A stretch of DNA of 64,000 nucleotides from Azolla caroliniana (Eukaryota; Plantae; Polypodiophyta): positions 13,950,001-14,014,000 of the forward strand of contig JBHGNT010000012.1 of NCBI GenBank assembly GCA_043228905.1, read 5' to 3'. This document shows, piece by piece, positions 9,738 to 21,822 of this stretch. How positions within the stretch are numbered: position 1 is the stretch's first letter; each line of letters opens with the position of its first letter. The position numbers were made by a program, and so were the translations under genes. The notes under the pieces were generated by a model that was not told the DNA's origin, did no database searches, and worked only from the letters and a program-made list of their open reading frames with translations.

Positions 9738-12700
9738 TGATAGGGTGTATAAGATAATAGATAGTTATACACTATATGAGGGTTTGACCAAACCGATTAG
9801 ATGGAGTTGAAAATCATAATATATTATATAGCTCTAGGTAATTATGATTAGAGAGTATAACTCAAGAAACTAAGAAAAAAGATAGAGAAAGCGAGCAAGA
9901 AATAAGAATGTTCTGATATTCCAACATCAAGAGAATACAAAGGAGACAAACTCCACATTGAACTAAAACCAAAGACCTTCCTCTTCTAAGACACTTCCTC
10001 TTCCACAAAGACACTTCTTCCTAACACTCCTCATCCACTCTTTGACCTTCACTCTTAACCCCCCTCCTCACTAATATCACTTCTTCTTTTATAACCTTCC
10101 TCTTCTTATCCACGTTCATGCTATTTTTAGAAGCTTTTTATCTCCCTATTTTTAGCTATGACACATCGACCTTCTAATCGTCATATCTCCCTCATCTGAT
10201 ATCCAAATTAAGCGATTTAAAAAGCTATAGAAAGCTCTTTTTACAGGCTTTCTAATCCATATTTAAACGTGATATTTGGATAAAAAACCAGGGAGTTATG
10301 ACCATTCTATTTTTACTGTTTTTTATAGTCTGCGTTTTCTCTTTTTACTTTTCTCTTGGTCTCGTACTTTTACTTTTGACTTCTTCCCTAAGGTCTTAGT
10401 TCGTGTTCTTATCCTCAAAAGGTGAATTATCTATACTTTATATTCTCCTAATGTTCAATGGCTTAGATTCTAAAAACACTTTCACATTTAGCCCTCCCCC
10501 TTGTTAGAGGCTAAGCCATTTATGGCGAAGCACTTATTGGCAGTACTTAACAAACAAAAGCTCTCTCGCCAATCTCTTGGCTATAGACAATGAGAGAGAT
10601 ATAATAAAATAAAAAGATGTGAGTAAAACCCCCGCTAATCGGTAGGAAAAACCTCACATTCTCTACAAATAAAAAAGATAATCACTATTACCATCTTCCT
10701 CTTTGTTAATAGAGAGAAAGATGGGTCTACAATATGGACTATTAAGAAAATAATGTATGGGGAAACAAGTCCACTTCTTGCTCCCATCCATCCGTATCAA
10801 CAATATCATTAGTAACTTGGGGAATATAAGTAGGTCCCCGAGTTACATACTTTTTAAGGCGCCATCCGTTCACTCGATAAGAATGAAGTGCTCCATCCAC
10901 ATCTTTCAATTGGTAACTTCCGTTGTCATACTTTTTGTGAACCACAAAGGGTCCTTCCCACTTATTATCAAGCTTTTGTCCTTGAATATAATCATATCTA
11001 TTATCATACCTAAGAACCAATGATCCTTCTTCAATGTGGTTGCCCTTGTGTTTTTTGTCATATGCCTCCTTTCTCTTCATTGCTTGATTTAAGTAATGCT
11101 CCACAGCTTCTTCTCTTGAATATTGTAGTAGATGGTTGCTCGCTAAACGACTCATCACATCATTTCCTTTTGAGCGATGCGATGCCTCCATTAGTCTATT
11201 ACTTTTGATCTCAAGTTCGATCGGAAGTAACGCTTCTTTTCCATAAACCAAATAAAAAGGAGTAAAACCTGTGGAGGATTTATAAGAAACTCTATAAGCC
11301 CAAAGAGTATCATCCAAATACCTATCCCATGTTCTTACTTTGTCTTGCACTAACTTTGTCAAATTCTTCACTATAAGCCCATTCACTTTCTCAACTGCAC
11401 CATTTGCTTGAGGATAATAAGGCGTTGAATATCGATGCTTAATCTTCAACTTGCTTAATAGACAAGCTAACATTTCACTCCTAAAACCGGGTCCATGATC
11501 GGATACAATCTCCATGGGAACTCCAAATCTAGTACAAATATTCTTATACACAAATTGGGCTACATCTTTGGCTTTAATCGAGGAAGTTGCTATAGCTTCC
11601 ACCCACTTTGTCATGTAGTCAATGGCCACCAAAATAAACTCTTTACCATGTTGAGTTTTCGGAAGAGGTCCTACTGCATCAATTCCCCATTTCTCGAATG
11701 GAGCAAACACCACAATGGGTTGTAAAGGTCCACTTTGTAGATGTCTTATTCCCGCTTTTTGACATGCATCACAAGATCTACACCAATCATGCACATCCCT
11801 ATGGATAGTAGGCCATGTAAAACCAATTAGTAAAATCTTTCTTATCATTATATCATGGGCTAAATGCCCACCACAAACTTCTTCATGCAACTTAAAGAGT
11901 ATCTTTATAATCTCGCTTTTGTTAGGAACTCTTCGTAAAACTCCATCTTTCCCTTTGTTGTACAAATCTTCACCCACCAAATGATATTGTGAAGCCTTTG
12001 CCACCAAACGCTTTCTTTGCAAAGCATTGAGGTTATTTGGAAACTCTCCTTTATTAAGAAAATTATGTACTTCCTCTAGGGAGTCTACATCTTTGCACGT
12101 CTCCAAAACACCAACGAAACCTTCCTTGATCTTATCTAATTGGGCTTGAGCTAATGCATCTGCTTCTTTATTGTATAATCTCCCCACATGCTTAATCTGT
12201 ATCTTTTCAAAAGACCTTAGTAGACTCATTGCTTCTTTATAAAAATTTCTAAGCCCATCACTTTGACATTTCCAATTGCCTTGAATTTGTTTAATTACCA
12301 ATAAGGAATCACCCTTAAGAATTAATCTTTTTATCTTCATAGCTTTACCTAGACGAAGACCATAACACAAGGTAGCATACTCCGCTTCATTATTTGAATT
12401 CACACCACTTAATGTAATACCTTCACTTTTTACTCTGTCTCCTTGAGGATCCTTGAGAATAATCCCACCCACGGCTATGTTTGTGGCTTTGCGAAATGCC
12501 CCATCAAAGAATAAGGTGAATGCATCCTCCATATCCGGCTCGGGAAGTGCCTTTCGTAGCTTTACCAAGTCTTCTTCATGAAAGGTTTCTCTAAAGGTGA
12601 GAAGATCCGCCAATTCGGCACGCATAGTTGATTCCAATTTGACTTCAAAATCAAACTCCGCCAATAGTAGAGCCCATTTAGCAATTCGTGCTGAAATGCT

Positions 12701-15700
12701 CACATGTTGGAGTACATATGGGAGTAATGACATGCTAGTGATTATTACAAAATGATGAGGTAGTAGAAAGCTTCTAAACTTTTTACAAGCATATATAAGA
12801 GCTAACATCCACTTTTCTACTTCTAAGAATTCTTTCTCTACATCAGACATGGCTTTACTAATAAAATATATAGGATGCATAAGCCTATTTTCAGAATCTT
12901 GTTGCATAAGAATGGCTCCTATAGCATGAGATCCAACACTAAGAGAAAGAAAGAAGGTAGATGTTCTATCAGGTGGCTTTAGAATAGGAGCATTACATAA
13001 TAGTTCTTTTATTCTTACATATTGCTCTTCAGTTGTAGATGTCCACAAGAAGTTGTTGGTGCGAAGAATAATGCGAAAAGGATAGAGAATTTGGGCCAAC
13101 ATATGAATGAATCGTTCAAAGTAACGAACTTTTTGAACAAATACCTCCAAATCTTTGATACTCGTGGGTGTTGTCATCTTTTGAATTGCTTCAATCTTTG
13201 AGCTATCAACTTTGATTCCTTCTTGAGACACCACATGACCAAGCATCACCACCTCCTTTTCACCTATGTGACACTTCTCTGGGTTGAGTTGCATTTTGCA
13301 TTCCTCCAATCTTTTGAATGCCAAGCGAACCTTTTCCAAATGGTCTTTCCTGCTACTATAAATTGCAAAGTCATCCATAAAGACTCTAACAAACTTTCCA
13401 AAGAATGGTTGGAATACATGAATAGCAAGACGATTAAATGTAAAAACAGCATTTGTGAGTCCAAAGGGCATGCATCGATATGCAAAGCATCCCCATGGAG
13501 TGATGAATGTCGTCTTCTTTTGATCCTCTTCCGCAATACGAATTTGAAAATAACCTGAATAGCCATCACAAACAGAGTACATTTCATGACCCGCAATTTC
13601 ATCTAATATTTCATCTTGGAAAGGGAGAGGAAAGTGATCCCTCTTGGTAGCCGCATTTAGAGGTTTGTAATCAACACAAACCCTCCATTTTCCATTCTTT
13701 TTAGGTACCACCACAATGGGCGAAACCCATTCAGAATCTTCCACTGGGTAAATGAATTGTGCACGCAACAAAGCTTTGACTTCCTTTAATAAGGCCTCCT
13801 TTTGCACGTGACCTAGCCTTCGCAACTTTTGCGCAACGGGAGTTGTACCCTCCTTTAGATTTATGTGATGTTGGATGACATCTACACCCCTAATATGAGC
13901 ATAATCACTAATGAAAAGGTTAGGAAATTCAGAAATCAAATTAATAAATTGTTGCCTCTCTTGCCCTTTAAGATCTTTAGAAATCATCTTCTCTTTTTGC
14001 TCCATAGTAATTAAACCTCCTTCATCATCTTCTTCCTTCAAAACGGCATATGATGTGGTCATTTCCCATTCTGACGAGGAATCTTCACTTTCATCACTTT
14101 CATATGCGGACCCACTATCATATTCAGTTATTCCATCTTCTTCTTTCTCAATAAGTCTTTGTTGCCGCATATCATAATGTATGCTCACTCCTTTTGATGG
14201 CGTTATGGTCATCAAACCTTTGCTCCAATCTTGGACAACATTGAGTTCTTGCATCCATGGTCGTCCTAGTACCAAAGAATATGACGGTCCTTTTAGTGGT
14301 ATTACATGAAAATCCATGGAAATGCTTACCCCAAAACACTTGATGACAACATCCTCCACTATGCCAATGCAATGGACCACTCCACCATCGGCTACAGCCA
14401 CTCTTGCCGAAGATGACCTACTTATAGGAATTCCCACTTTGTTTACCACAAATTCAGAAATCAAGCCTACTCTAGCACCACTATCAACCAACGCATCTTT
14501 GATGTGAAACCCTTTGATGGAGACGGGGACGGTGGGTCGTATGTCCTTTCGATCTTCTACTCGCACGATTCCCACATAATGCACAGTCTTCCGACTTTGG
14601 CGAATACTTGCAAGTCGCCCCCACTCCTTTCGTAATGTGGGAGATAATTGGAGAAGTTGCGGCCATGTTATCCTTGGTCCACTTGAAATCAACTCATGCT
14701 TCAAATTGAAAGCTTCTACACCTTCACCCATAGGAATGTCCTCCATCTTGATCTTTCTTCTAGAGTGTCTCCTTCTCAATTTTTCCTCTTTCTCATTCTC
14801 CTTAGACTTCTTCTTTTGTCTTGAGGCACTAGATTCTCCTTCAACTTCTTTCTCCTTTTGCGAGGACCTTGTCCTTTTCACAGGAGCTACTTCAAAAGAA
14901 TTATCACTATCATCAATAAAATTAAGAAGATTCACATTATGAGGAATTGTAGGAACCTGAGCCATAGGGAGTGTTACGTTTCCTTCGACTTCATTGTTGT
15001 TAGGTCGTTGTCCATTCCTTTGCACTTGATAAATGCCTCTTCCCATGACTCTTTGTTGTCGATGAGGACATCTTGTTGAGATGTGTCCCTCCTCTTGACA
15101 AGAATAACAAATTACACCGTGATGCCCTCTAGAGCCACCACCATCGGGAATAGTGTTGTGAATTGCTTGGGATTGTCGCAAGTGGGTCATCACTTCATCA
15201 AAGCGCCGATTTACCAATGCCATGGTATCTTGTTCACTCCTCACTTGTTCAACTTCTTGGGATATACTTGTTGGGTTTATTGTTGTGGTGGTATACACAT
15301 TTGGAAACACTTGTCCCCCATGCACAATTGAAGATGAGGCTTGAAAGTTGGCACGAGGCATCAAATTTGCACCCAAAGCCGTCATTTGGGGATCCCCCAA
15401 GGAGCTCATCATCTTCACTTGTCGATCATAAGCTTGACAAACTTGGATAAGAGCTTGAAACGATGTGGGATCCTTCAAGTTTGCTTCCAAACGGAAATAC
15501 ATATCAAGACCCATCTTGAATCGTTCCATTTTAAACCACTCGTCTTCAGTGCCGCCACGAAGACGAATCCATGTAGTCCACAAATCCTTGAAATTTCTTT
15601 CATACTCAGTGAAACCAATTGGTGATTCCATCTTTAGTCGAAATAGCTCTTCCCTTACTTCGGTTGCACTTCGTCGTTGAATATATTTGGCACGAAACTG

Positions 15701-16738
15701 GTGCACCAACAATTGATATGCTCCCTGTTGGTTTGGAGGAAGAGAGTCATACCAATCTCGAGCTCGACCATAGAATGTAGCTACTAATAAAGGTAACTTC
15801 TCATTGTCGGTGATGCGTCCAATAGAGACAGCATGATGCTCAAAAGATGCCAAAAAGGCACCCGCATCTTGTGTTCTTTCACCTGAAAATGCAAATTGCA
15901 TAGCTAAGTTAATGTAATATAGTAACACAATTAAATGATAAGTTCTCCCTCCTATACGGAAAGGGTCCACCCTCCCTGGAGCGCCAAAATGATAGGGTGT
16001 ATAAGATAATAGATAGTTATACACTATATGAGGGCTTGACCAAACCGATTAGATGGAGTTGAAAATCATAATATATTATATAGCTCTAGGTAATTATGAT
16101 TAGAGAGTATAACTCAAGAAACTAAGAAAAAAGATAGAGAAAGCGAGCAAGAAATAAGAATGTTCTGATATTCCAACATCAAGAGAATACAAAGGAGACA
16201 AACTCCACATTGAACTAAAACCAAAGACCTTCCTCTTCTAAGACACTTCCTCTTCCACAAAGACACTTCTTCCTAACACTCCTCATCCACTCTTTGACCT
16301 TCACTCTTAACCCCCCTCCTCACTAATATCACTTCTTCTTTTATAACCTTCCTCTTCTTATCCACGTTCATGCTATTTTTAGAAGCTTTTTATCTCCCTA
16401 TTTTTAGCTATGACACATCGACCTTCTAATCGTCATATCTCCCTCATCTGATATCCAAATTAAGCGATTTAAAAAGCTATAGAAAGCTCTTTTTACAGGC
16501 TTTCTAATCCATATTTAAACGTGATATTTGGATAAACAACGAGGGAGTTATGACCATTCTATTTTTACTGTTTTTTATAGTCTGCGTTTTCTCTTTTTAC
16601 TTTTCTCTTGGTCTCGTACTTTTACTTTTGACTTCTTCCCTAAGGTCTTAGTTCGTGTTCTTATCCTCAAAAGGTGAATTATCTATACTTTATATTCTCC
16701 TAATGTTCAATGGCTTAGATTCTAAAAACACTTTCACA
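9738..16738 (-). mobile_element. Intact Tat-like Ty3/Gypsy LTR retrotransposon, 7001 bp, TSD CCTAG
   Basis: 749-bp LTRs 9738-10486 and 15990-16738 (about 3 mismatches by eye); CCTAG at 9733-9737 and 16739-16743; PBS TGGCGCTCCAGGGAGGG (tRNA-Arg-type) at ~15970-15986; PPT AAGGGGGAGGG at ~10492-10502. Confidence 0.97.
10742..15901 (-). CDS. gag-pol: Uninterrupted Gag-Pol polyprotein: Gag-CCHC-protease-RT-degenerate RNase H-additional RNase HI (aRH)-integrase
   Basis: CYSCQEEGHISTRC knuckle, LVDSGA protease, FMDD RT, FFDGA...SNNEAEY...GDS...NKEADALA RNase HI, HHCC/WGID/WEGPF integrase. First ATG after the PBS is at 15901 (the track start 16024 lies in the LTR). Confidence 0.95.
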   Translation of the reverse strand: MQFAFSGERTQDAGAFLASFEHHAVSIGRITDNEKLPLLVATFYGRARDWYDSLPPNQQGAYQLLVHQFRAKYIQRRSATEVREELFRLKMESPIGFTEYERNFKDLWTTWIRLRGGTEDEWFKMERFKMGLDMYFRLEANLKDPTSFQALIQVCQAYDRQVKMMSSLGDPQMTALGANLMPRANFQASSSIVHGGQVFPNVYTTTTINPTSISQEVEQVRSEQDTMALVNRRFDEVMTHLRQSQAIHNTIPDGGGSRGHHGVICYSCQEEGHISTRCPHRQQRVMGRGIYQVQRNGQRPNNNEVEGNVTLPMAQVPTIPHNVNLLNFIDDSDNSFEVAPVKRTRSSQKEKEVEGESSASRQKKKSKENEKEEKLRRRHSRRKIKMEDIPMGEGVEAFNLKHELISSGPRITWPQLLQLSPTLRKEWGRLASIRQSRKTVHYVGIVRVEDRKDIRPTVPVSIKGFHIKDALVDSGARVGLISEFVVNKVGIPISRSSSARVAVADGGVVHCIGIVEDVVIKCFGVSISMDFHVIPLKGPSYSLVLGRPWMQELNVVQDWSKGLMTITPSKGVSIHYDMRQQRLIEKEEDGITEYDSGSAYESDESEDSSSEWEMTTSYAVLKEEDDEGGLITMEQKEKMISKDLKGQERQQFINLISEFPNLFISDYAHIRGVDVIQHHINLKEGTTPVAQKLRRLGHVQKEALLKEVKALLRAQFIYPVEDSEWVSPIVVVPKKNGKWRVCVDYKPLNAATKRDHFPLPFQDEILDEIAGHEMYSVCDGYSGYFQIRIAEEDQKKTTFITPWGCFAYRCMPFGLTNAVFTFNRLAIHVFQPFFGKFVRVFMDDFAIYSSRKDHLEKVRLAFKRLEECKMQLNPEKCHIGEKEVVMLGHVVSQEGIKVDSSKIEAIQKMTTPTSIKDLEVFVQKVRYFERFIHMLAQILYPFRIILRTNNFLWTSTTEEQYVRIKELLCNAPILKPPDRTSTFFLSLSVGSHAIGAILMQQDSENRLMHPIYFISKAMSDVEKEFLEVEKWMLALIYACKKFRSFLLPHHFVIITSMSLLPYVLQHVSISARIAKWALLLAEFDFEVKLESTMRAELADLLTFRETFHEEDLVKLRKALPEPDMEDAFTLFFDGAFRKATNIAVGGIILKDPQGDRVKSEGITLSGVNSNNEAEYATLCYGLRLGKAMKIKRLILKGDSLLVIKQIQGNWKCQSDGLRNFYKEAMSLLRSFEKIQIKHVGRLYNKEADALAQAQLDKIKEGFVGVLETCKDVDSLEEVHNFLNKGEFPNNLNALQRKRLVAKASQYHLVGEDLYNKGKDGVLRRVPNKSEIIKILFKLHEEVCGGHLAHDIMIRKILLIGFTWPTIHRDVHDWCRSCDACQKAGIRHLQSGPLQPIVVFAPFEKWGIDAVGPLPKTQHGKEFILVAIDYMTKWVEAIATSSIKAKDVAQFVYKNICTRFGVPMEIVSDHGPGFRSEMLACLLSKLKIKHRYSTPYYPQANGAVEKVNGLIVKNLTKLVQDKVRTWDRYLDDTLWAYRVSYKSSTGFTPFYLVYGKEALLPIELEIKSNRLMEASHRSKGNDVMSRLASNHLLQYSREEAVEHYLNQAMKRKEAYDKKHKGNHIEEGSLVLRYDNRYDYIQGQKLDNKWEGPFVVHKKYDNGSYQLKDVDGALHSYRVNGWRLKKYVTRGPTYIPQVTNDIVDTDGWEQEVDLFPHTLFS

Positions 16739-19200
16739 CCTAGTTTCTTTATATTTGGGGTATCTAATAGTTTGGAGAGGGCCCTAGTATGTCTTGGTAT
16801 TTTTCCCTTATCTTGATGTAAGTTGGACACTTGGATGTAAAGTGATACTCATCCTCTATCTCTATGTGACATAATCTACATGTATCCTTTCCTCTCCCAG
16901 GACTCCATTAGCATGACCACTATCAATTTCAAGTTGGTGAGATGATACCCTAAGTTGTCTAACGGCAACCCTTAGTGCATTTGGTAATCTAACGTATCTA
17001 GATATTTTGATCATATAATAAAACCTAACTTAGAGAAGTGGATGAAGTGTTCCTTATAGTACTACATTTTAGATGGTAGTGGCTCTAGTGGGTTGATCCA
17101 TTTATGTTGAGTGTAAATTTGCCATATTTCTTGGTGTGTTACTTTATTATGGTCCTCATGAGAGATTAAAGGTCTATCGATCTCATGGTTGTACCTAAGA
17201 GGAGGTAGGTTATTCATGTCTAGGTTGTTTGCAAAAAGCCAACTTAGATTTTTGCCTTAAGCATGACTCCTGAACTCACTTAGATATGAACCATATGCCT
17301 TAATCCTTTTCCTCATCATTCATGAACATAGTTCTCCATCACGAGTCTCTTAACGATGTTGTGGAGTTTCTTCCATTAATCATTGTAATAACTCAGATAT
17401 GAAGCGTCTGTGAACACCCATCCTCCTATCTAAGATTTGATGTTTCTTTAGACACTAATCGTCTTACATAAGATTGAAAGTGTCTAGTGTGTGAACACAC
17501 CATGAGAATGTATGAACACTCAAAGGTCAAAAGTCACCACTACTTTTGTAGCATTAACTATGTGTCATAGAATCATATTCTATGACACATAACTAGTGAG
17601 TTTCCACATTCCCCATGACCGATGAGCTTCGGTAGTTAATGAAGAGAGAGGGTTACTATATAAAGCACCCTCCTACTTTGTAATGGGTCGGTTAATCTCC
17701 TTAGTAATATTGTAAAGAAATGGAGCTGGTGGTGTAATGCAACGGAAGATAATTGACCCTTCAAGTTGAAGTATCGTATTTGACCTGTATTTAATCCATC
17801 GTACCACCGGCGTACCGAAGTACCCTCTTAGCTCAGTCAAGATGAAGGTTTCGCGGATTCTGCATGAATTGGCTCAGTAGGCTGACCGAATAGTTGAGGT
17901 CGGGTCGCGTAATGGTTAGATAGATGAGGCTGTCGATCAATAGGCGATATTGAGTTGGCTTGTATCGGCTATGCCAGAATCAACATCAAGCTTGAGATTA
18001 CGGTAAAGCAGGGTGGACACAGGTTTGCACTCCATCATCCCGAACTTGTAGAGTAAGTTGAGGACGTAGTATCGTTGTGAGATTGTTATCCTGACTGGTG
18101 TCTGAATTACTTCGATACCTAAGAAGTAATGTAGCTCGTGCAGGTCTTTCATTTCGAATCTGCCAGAGAGAAGTGATTTGACCTTGTTAATCTCGGCGAG
18201 CTCCTTTCCTCCGATGACCAAATCATCAACGTATAGGATGATGACAATCAAGCTATCTGACTCGTTTCGGATGTATAGAGAGTTATCAGATTTTGACATT
18301 AGAAATCCGATTTGATGAAGATACTGCGTGATCTTCGAATGCCATGCAGGCGGTGCTTGTTTGAGGCCGTAGAGTGGCTTCTTGAGTTGACACACGACGT
18401 TCGGATGATTGCGCGATTCAAAGCCGGGCGGTTGGGTCATGTACACTTCCTCCTCTAGTTCCCCTTGGAGGAAGGCGTTCTTCACGTCCATCTAACGGAG
18501 GTGCCACCCTTTTGCTGCTACGATTGCAACCACGGTTCGCACAGTTGTCATCTTTGCCACTGGGGCAAAGGTCTCTTCGTAGTCAACTCTGTGCGTTTGT
18601 GCGTATCCTTTCGCAACGAGCCGTGCTTTGAAGCGATTTATAGAGCCGTCAACATTGTGTTTTACCTATGTAAATACATCGGCAACCAAATGCTTTCTTG
18701 TGCAGAATGTGAGGAACAAGATCCCATGTCTCATTTTTGCATAGGGCTTGCATTTCCTCATGCATCGCGTGGAGCCATTGTGGATCCTTTACGGCTTTAG
18801 AAAGCATTTCCGGCACACGTACTGACGCTACTTTCATCATAAAGGCGTTGTGATATGCCATGTACTCATTGTAGCCGTAACGGCTTATGGGGTTCTTCTC
18901 TCGGGTGGATCAACGTAGCTTTTCGTTCGCAGATACTAACGCTTTCTTCGCTCCATTTGTCCGGATATCGAGGCTATCGAACTCACTATCAAGGGAGTGA
19001 GTCGATTCGTCGCCGTCGAAGTGATTGTCTTCATACTCCGTCATTTTCGCCTTCCCTTTGTCCAGCTTCAGACTCGGCCGAGATGTGCTTTGATCACTCG
19101 GAGGTTCTTATGGTCCACTTAATCAGGTCGTGATTGGACTTTCGTCAAACATGCGCGTAACTCGATCTTCGGCTTCTGCTTCTATTTCGGCGTATTCCGG

Positions 19201-19894
19201 TGTCACGTTGTTACGCGCGTGTGTGTAGAAGGGGCGGGACCACGGGGGTCTCAGACTAGGGAGTAGAGGAGAAAGAATAAGATATGATTTGGAAGCTTAG
19301 CTCAAGAGGAGAAGAAGAAAGAATAAGACCATGACATAGAAGGAGAGATCGGCCGAGGCAAGATGCTCAACAAGTTATATTAAAACAAACGAATGATTAC
19401 AACAATGGTGGCCGCATGGGCTGCACCAAACGACTATGAGAAAACCCTAACCGAGGATGAATAAGGAATCCCTAAACGAAACCCTAACCCTAAAACGGTA
19501 AGAACTCTAGACTAAGTGGTATACCTTTCATACGCAAAATAGGCAACCCTTCAAAAGGGACCCCTCACTCCCTTTTATAGTGGTAAGGGGTGAGGCACAA
19601 TACAATAGGAGCGGTCAATTCCCCTTTTCATTCAAAGGAGAATATTTGCCCCAATCTCGAGATTGATGGGCCTTAACTCTCTCTCCTCTAGCCATCCTAC
19701 TCAATGCCCATCACTCTTACACTCATTCTCTATGTACCTCCATCTAGTCCACAAAGTGCACATCACATTCACACTTAACAACTTTGTAGAGCACCTTAAC
19801 TCCTTACACTTTACAAGTTCATGTGCAATGTTGCACATCTCTGTTTTCTCTATCTCGCTCGGTTTTCTCACCATGGGCGAAAAACATCATGACA
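19201..19894 (-). repeat. Solo LTR, family-A-related, 4-bp TSD CCGG/CCGA
   Basis: Terminus matches the A2 LTR end (CCCCGTGGTCCCGCCCC...ACGCGCGTAACAACG); TG..CA ends; flanks 19197-19200 and 19895-19898. Confidence 0.85.
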
Positions 19895-21822
19895 CCGAGT
19901 TGAGCAGAGTCGGAGCCGAAGTTGTCTCTGGTGCGTACCAGGATGCGTATTCGTCGAAGACTACGTCTCGGCTTGTTCGAACTTTTCGGGTAGATGGGTT
20001 GTAGCATTTGTACCCCTTTTGTTCGAGTGAGTATCCTACAAGGATACATTTCTCCGACTTGGGTCGAGCTTTTGTCGCGTATCATCGGGAATATGCACGT
20101 AAGCGATTGTGCCAAAAATGCGGACATGTGATAAGTCCGGCTTCTTTCCAAAGAACTTCTCATGAGGAGTTACGTCGTGTACTGCCGAGGTTGTGCACCT
20201 ATTCATGAGGTATACAGCCGTATTCGCCACTTCTACCCAGTACGATTTCGGCAGGTTCTTCTCATTCATCATGGCCCGTGCGACTTCTACTATGTGTCGA
20301 TTTTTATGCTCAGCTACGCCATTCTATTGAGGTGTGTGACGACATGAGAATTCTCGTCAGATTCCTTCCTTTCGGAGATACGCCATAAGCTCCTCAGAAA
20401 AGTATTCTTTGCCTTCATCCGATCGAAGGCAACATACATGCCGATTCGTAGCTTTTTCGACTTCGGCTTTGAATCTCTAGAAGTATCTGAACACTTCGCT
20501 CTTTTGTTTCATCGGGTAGATCCAGGTGTTCCTAGAGAAGTCATCGATGAACGTAACGTAATATCGGCATCCGCCGAGTGTGCTTGTCTAGGCCGATCCC
20601 CATACATCTGAATGTATGACATCCAGGATCCCTTTGCTCACATTCCATTCTTTCGGGAATGGGTGTTGACATTGCTTTCCGAACTGTCACGCTTCGCATA
20701 TGCCCGTAATTTCCTTTGCGGTAAAGTTCGAGAGTCCGATTACGACTCCTTTCGATTGCATGTTTTGAAGTTTTTGGAGATGGATGTGGCCGATTCTTTT
20801 GTGCCACAAATTTAAGTCCGTTTCGACTTTGAGGCCCTTTGCGAACATGGCTGACTTTACCTCGTTCGATTCGAGGATAAACATATGGCCTTCTCGTCGA
20901 CCGTGAGCTATGACTTGACCGCCCCTTTCGATGGAGCACCTGTCATTGTTGAATCGTACTTGCATTCCTTGTTCAACAATCTGGCCTCAATGGGACGTTC
21001 CTGATATTCTGTATTGGATGAGTCATGTCATCTCCTGTTTTGACATATCCGGGATGTTCGAGCTTCCGTAGTTCCCGAAACCAATCTTCATGAGAGGTCA
21101 TGTGTTTGGATGCTCCCGAGTCAACAAACCATACGTTGTCATGAAGAAAACCGTCCACGAGCGGAATCGGTGCGCCGGAGCATAGGAACCGGCTCTTCAT
21201 GCACGCGCGCCTTGTGTTGTACATAGGAGAGAATTAGGGACATGGAAGATCCTAGGTAGGTAGATTCGGTAGGTAAGAAGTTAATAGGAAACGGCTCCCA
21301 TCTTGCCTAATAAAAGGAGGGGGACGAGGAGGAGGAAGGGATCGCGGAGAGTCGAGGACGAAGTGCTGTCGGTTTGTGGGCGAAGGCTTCTTTCTCTCTC
21401 TGGCTCTTCCAAACTCCATAGCTTCTTTCTGCGCAGGTTTCGGGAGGCTCGCGCTGCTCTAAGGAATGCCTGAGTGCTTCCGGCCGCACCTCCAACCTAC
21501 TCTTTCCTTTCTGTGCGTTTATGAACAGGCATCGGCATCTGTTCGCCGGCCTGTTCGGTTGTAACCGACTTCGTGTTTTGTTGTTTGTTTTTGTTAATAC
21601 ATACATACATTCGTGTCTCTCTGTGTCGCTATCCCACTCGCGTCTTTGTGTCGAAGGGCCGTGTCCCTGTGAATCTGCTCTCGCCCGTAGCGGGTCTCTT
21701 CTCCTTTCTCTCTTGCCCTTCGGTACAGGACCCCCGAGGTCCCGCCTCATTCCACGCATCCGCGAGGAATACCTCGACATCTTGGTGAACCCGACGTGAA
21801 AGAGGCGGCAGAAGAGCAGAAG

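Noticed and set aside
15902-16024. N-terminal 41 aa of the 1760-aa ORF call
   Set aside because: It starts at a non-ATG codon inside the LTR and runs across the PBS; ATG 15901 is more plausible.
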